Assembly (NCBI GenBank): GCA_012295275.1
Contig: CM022674.1
Coordinates: 9,300,001 to 9,364,000 of the forward strand
Source of the DNA: Chrysomallon squamiferum
Lineage: Eukaryota; Animalia; Mollusca
Length of the DNA: 64,000 bases
Reading direction: 5' to 3'
Made by a program: the position numbers and the translations under genes. This document shows, piece after piece, positions 61,381-64,000 of this stretch (the stretch's first letter is position 1; every line of letters starts with the position of its first letter). Under the pieces are notes generated by a model. That model did not search any database. It was given only the letters and a program-made list of their open reading frames with translations, and was not told the DNA's origin.

Positions 61381-64000
61381 TGGCCCTAACTTATTTATTA
61401 AGCCATGGATCGCAATTTAGGTAATACATACTTGTAGAATCAGCTGGTGGCTATATTTTTACTTAGTATAACATTTTAAATTGTTGTACTATTAAGGTAC
61501 AGTTTTTGAAAATGTCGGTAATATATTTACTACTTACCTAAATTGCTTATTTTAATACAATTCTCGTAATTAACCTGTATGTATCATTAAGTAAGTAAAT
61601 ATATTACGCATTCATTTGTACAAATATTCCTAACAGTATGTATTAATTAAATCAGTTAACAGTAATCCAATTAATGAAATCACCGAACAATTCATGATCA
61701 TTAGCGAGAGACAAAAGGAATTTTTGTCAGCTATGCTCTGCTGACTTCAGGTAAGTCCTCGACGTGTTTAAGTAAAAGACAAACAGGCCCAATGGGGGAG
61801 ACAAAACAAAAATCAAAGAAGTGAAAGACAGAGTACAGTGCTATAATAATATTGTACAAATCTAGAATTTTCTCTGTGATGTGTATTTAATGAAATGTGT
61901 TTTTTAATCGATCATAAAATTTAGGATTTTTTTTTTTTTTTTTTTTTTTTTAGTGAACGTTAGTGTATGTTGGTAAATAAACCAATGTCAGTCTATAATC
62001 AAAACTCTTATGAACATGAAGAGGCCAAGTTTATTACATACAGAGGTAATCAAATATTTGGTAGACGAGTTATTTTGACCAGATGGGGAATTCAATGACA
62101 TTTGTGTACTCTCAAGCCTTTCATATCTGGATCTTATTCAACACAGATTTAACCGATGTTTGGAAATTCAGCAAACACATGTACACATATAGTTTATCCA
62201 AAATGTCTTCTTAATGCATCGGATATCTTTGCGTACCTTAATCTACCAAGGTGATGATATTCATGGGATGGGAACTGATCAGTGAGAACTCGACTGTCTT
62301 TAGGATTAAAATAAAAATTATTGCAAGGAGGCAAATAAATAAAGCATAGAGTTATGACTTTAACATACACAACATGTAACTTAGTATTTATTGTAGCAAT
62401 ACTCTGGTGAATGTTCTCATTAACAAGAATACCTCTCCATTTAGGCAGTACACCTGTGAAAACGTCCTCTATTTAGTTCCAGAGAGTGAACATAATTGAA
62501 GTATTTTGTGAATTATCTGACCTAATAATAAATAATTTTGTTCGTTCATTTTACATGCTTTCGTATGTTTTAATATGGAACGATAGACCTATTTGTTGTT
62601 TTTTGTTTGTTTTTTTGAAAAAGGACATCAAAGTTAAGCATAGTTTTGCATTGTACATTTTCAGATCAATCCCGATGGTTTTAATCTTCTGTTTTATTAA
62701 ACATATATTCACTGATATACCTGGTCATCAAAAACGATCACTATTAAACATATCAGGTCTTTACTGAACATCAACTGACCACCAAGCTAATAATTTAACT
62801 ATTCATCTACTGTTAAATCATGAAACAAATTTTAGCATTTTAGCATATTTCTCCAGATATTAAAATACTTGCAAATCATTAAGATTACTTCAATGAAATA
62901 ATCACTCAACAAAAAGCAATACTCAAACAGACCAAGGATAATACATACCAGCCACCACACACAAATGTCAAAAAACCCACCTCTGAATGCATGTTTGGTG
63001 TTCTTTTAGCTCACAATTCACACACATTAAACACTATACCCACTACATTCACAGACATAATTCATCATAATAATACAAAGCAACACATATCACGCATAGC
63101 ACATACCACACTGCTTCAGAGCACAACACACCATACACAAAGTTTGCACCATAACACTAAATACACAGAATAAACCAAACAACAGTGAAAAAATCTCAAT
63201 ATGCTACATATACCACATCCACAAAACGCACCAAAAAACATGAAACGTACAACAAAGAACACTCTCACACAACAGAACACTCAGACGCTGTGCTGGGCAT
63301 GTGTTTTTGACACTGAAACGTATGTTAATACAGACATTTTTACATTTCTTTCATAGTCCAATGTCACAATCAGCTGGTTTATCTAAGAGTAGTTGCCTGA
63401 AGTTGTTATTTTCACTAACTAAAAAATAATGTTTGTGTAATTTCATTTTCCTTTTGATTATTAATTAATTATTATATATTTCTGAAAAAATAGTTTGGCT
63501 TAAAGGGTAAAATAATAATATTAAAATGAAAATACTAATACAATACTATCGGTTATCTTATTTCTTTCAAAGCATTTTTTTTTTAACCTTATTTTAGTGA
63601 GCTATCTCAAAGACTATAGTCATCTAGAACATATAACTTAAAACAAAAGTAGAACTCTTTTTAATCTCCGAATATCTACTGATTTTTATTACAGATTGAA
63701 TCAAAAGTAGCATCCACAGCACAAAGAAGTTTATGATTCTTATAAGCATTAAAAATTACAAAAAGTAATACTCTACTTAAAAAGTTTACAAAAACAAATC
63801 TCATTATACAAACCCTTTTGTTTTTCATTTATCTGCTTTAGCACTATCATTTTATTGAAAAATCTAAATCGTTCTCTTAATTCAAAAATATTTTATTTAC
63901 AAAAGAAATTAGATTGTATTTGTATTTATGGTTAACACTATAAACAGCATAAAAGTTTGAAATAATAATCTATAAATCTAAATTTTACGAAGTAAACATT

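Noticed and set aside
59849-61424. Several long overlapping ORFs (up to 196 aa) on both strands
   Set aside because: Products of a stop-poor 57-bp repeat; periodic low-complexity translations with no splice context.

Overview
AT-rich, microsatellite-laden animal genomic DNA with spliceosomal GT-AG introns; gene content and repeat style suggest a mollusc, possibly a cephalopod (inference only). Hand-spliced models, left to right: (1) the 5' part of a eukaryote-type fused urease (minus strand, 8 exons, runs off the left edge), head-to-head about 1.1 kb from (2) a complete 7-exon UreG GTPase gene with a His-rich N-terminus; (3) three paralogous 4-exon genes for small secreted His-rich proteins resembling a stand-alone BRICHOS domain; (4) a PLAC8/cornifelin-like gene; (5) an unrecognised ~275-aa gene with a transposase relic in its intron; (6) a possible lncRNA/micropeptide unit; (7) a 5-HT6-like GPCR; (8) a REV7/MAD2L2 gene absent from the ORF track whose 3' exons look degenerate. 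Notable structure: a 246-bp inverted repeat (156 bp perfectly identical) shared between urease and ureG introns, a minisatellite grown out of a ureG exon/splice donor, and a minisatellite that reverses orientation. All coordinates and translations were read by eye; no searches were run.
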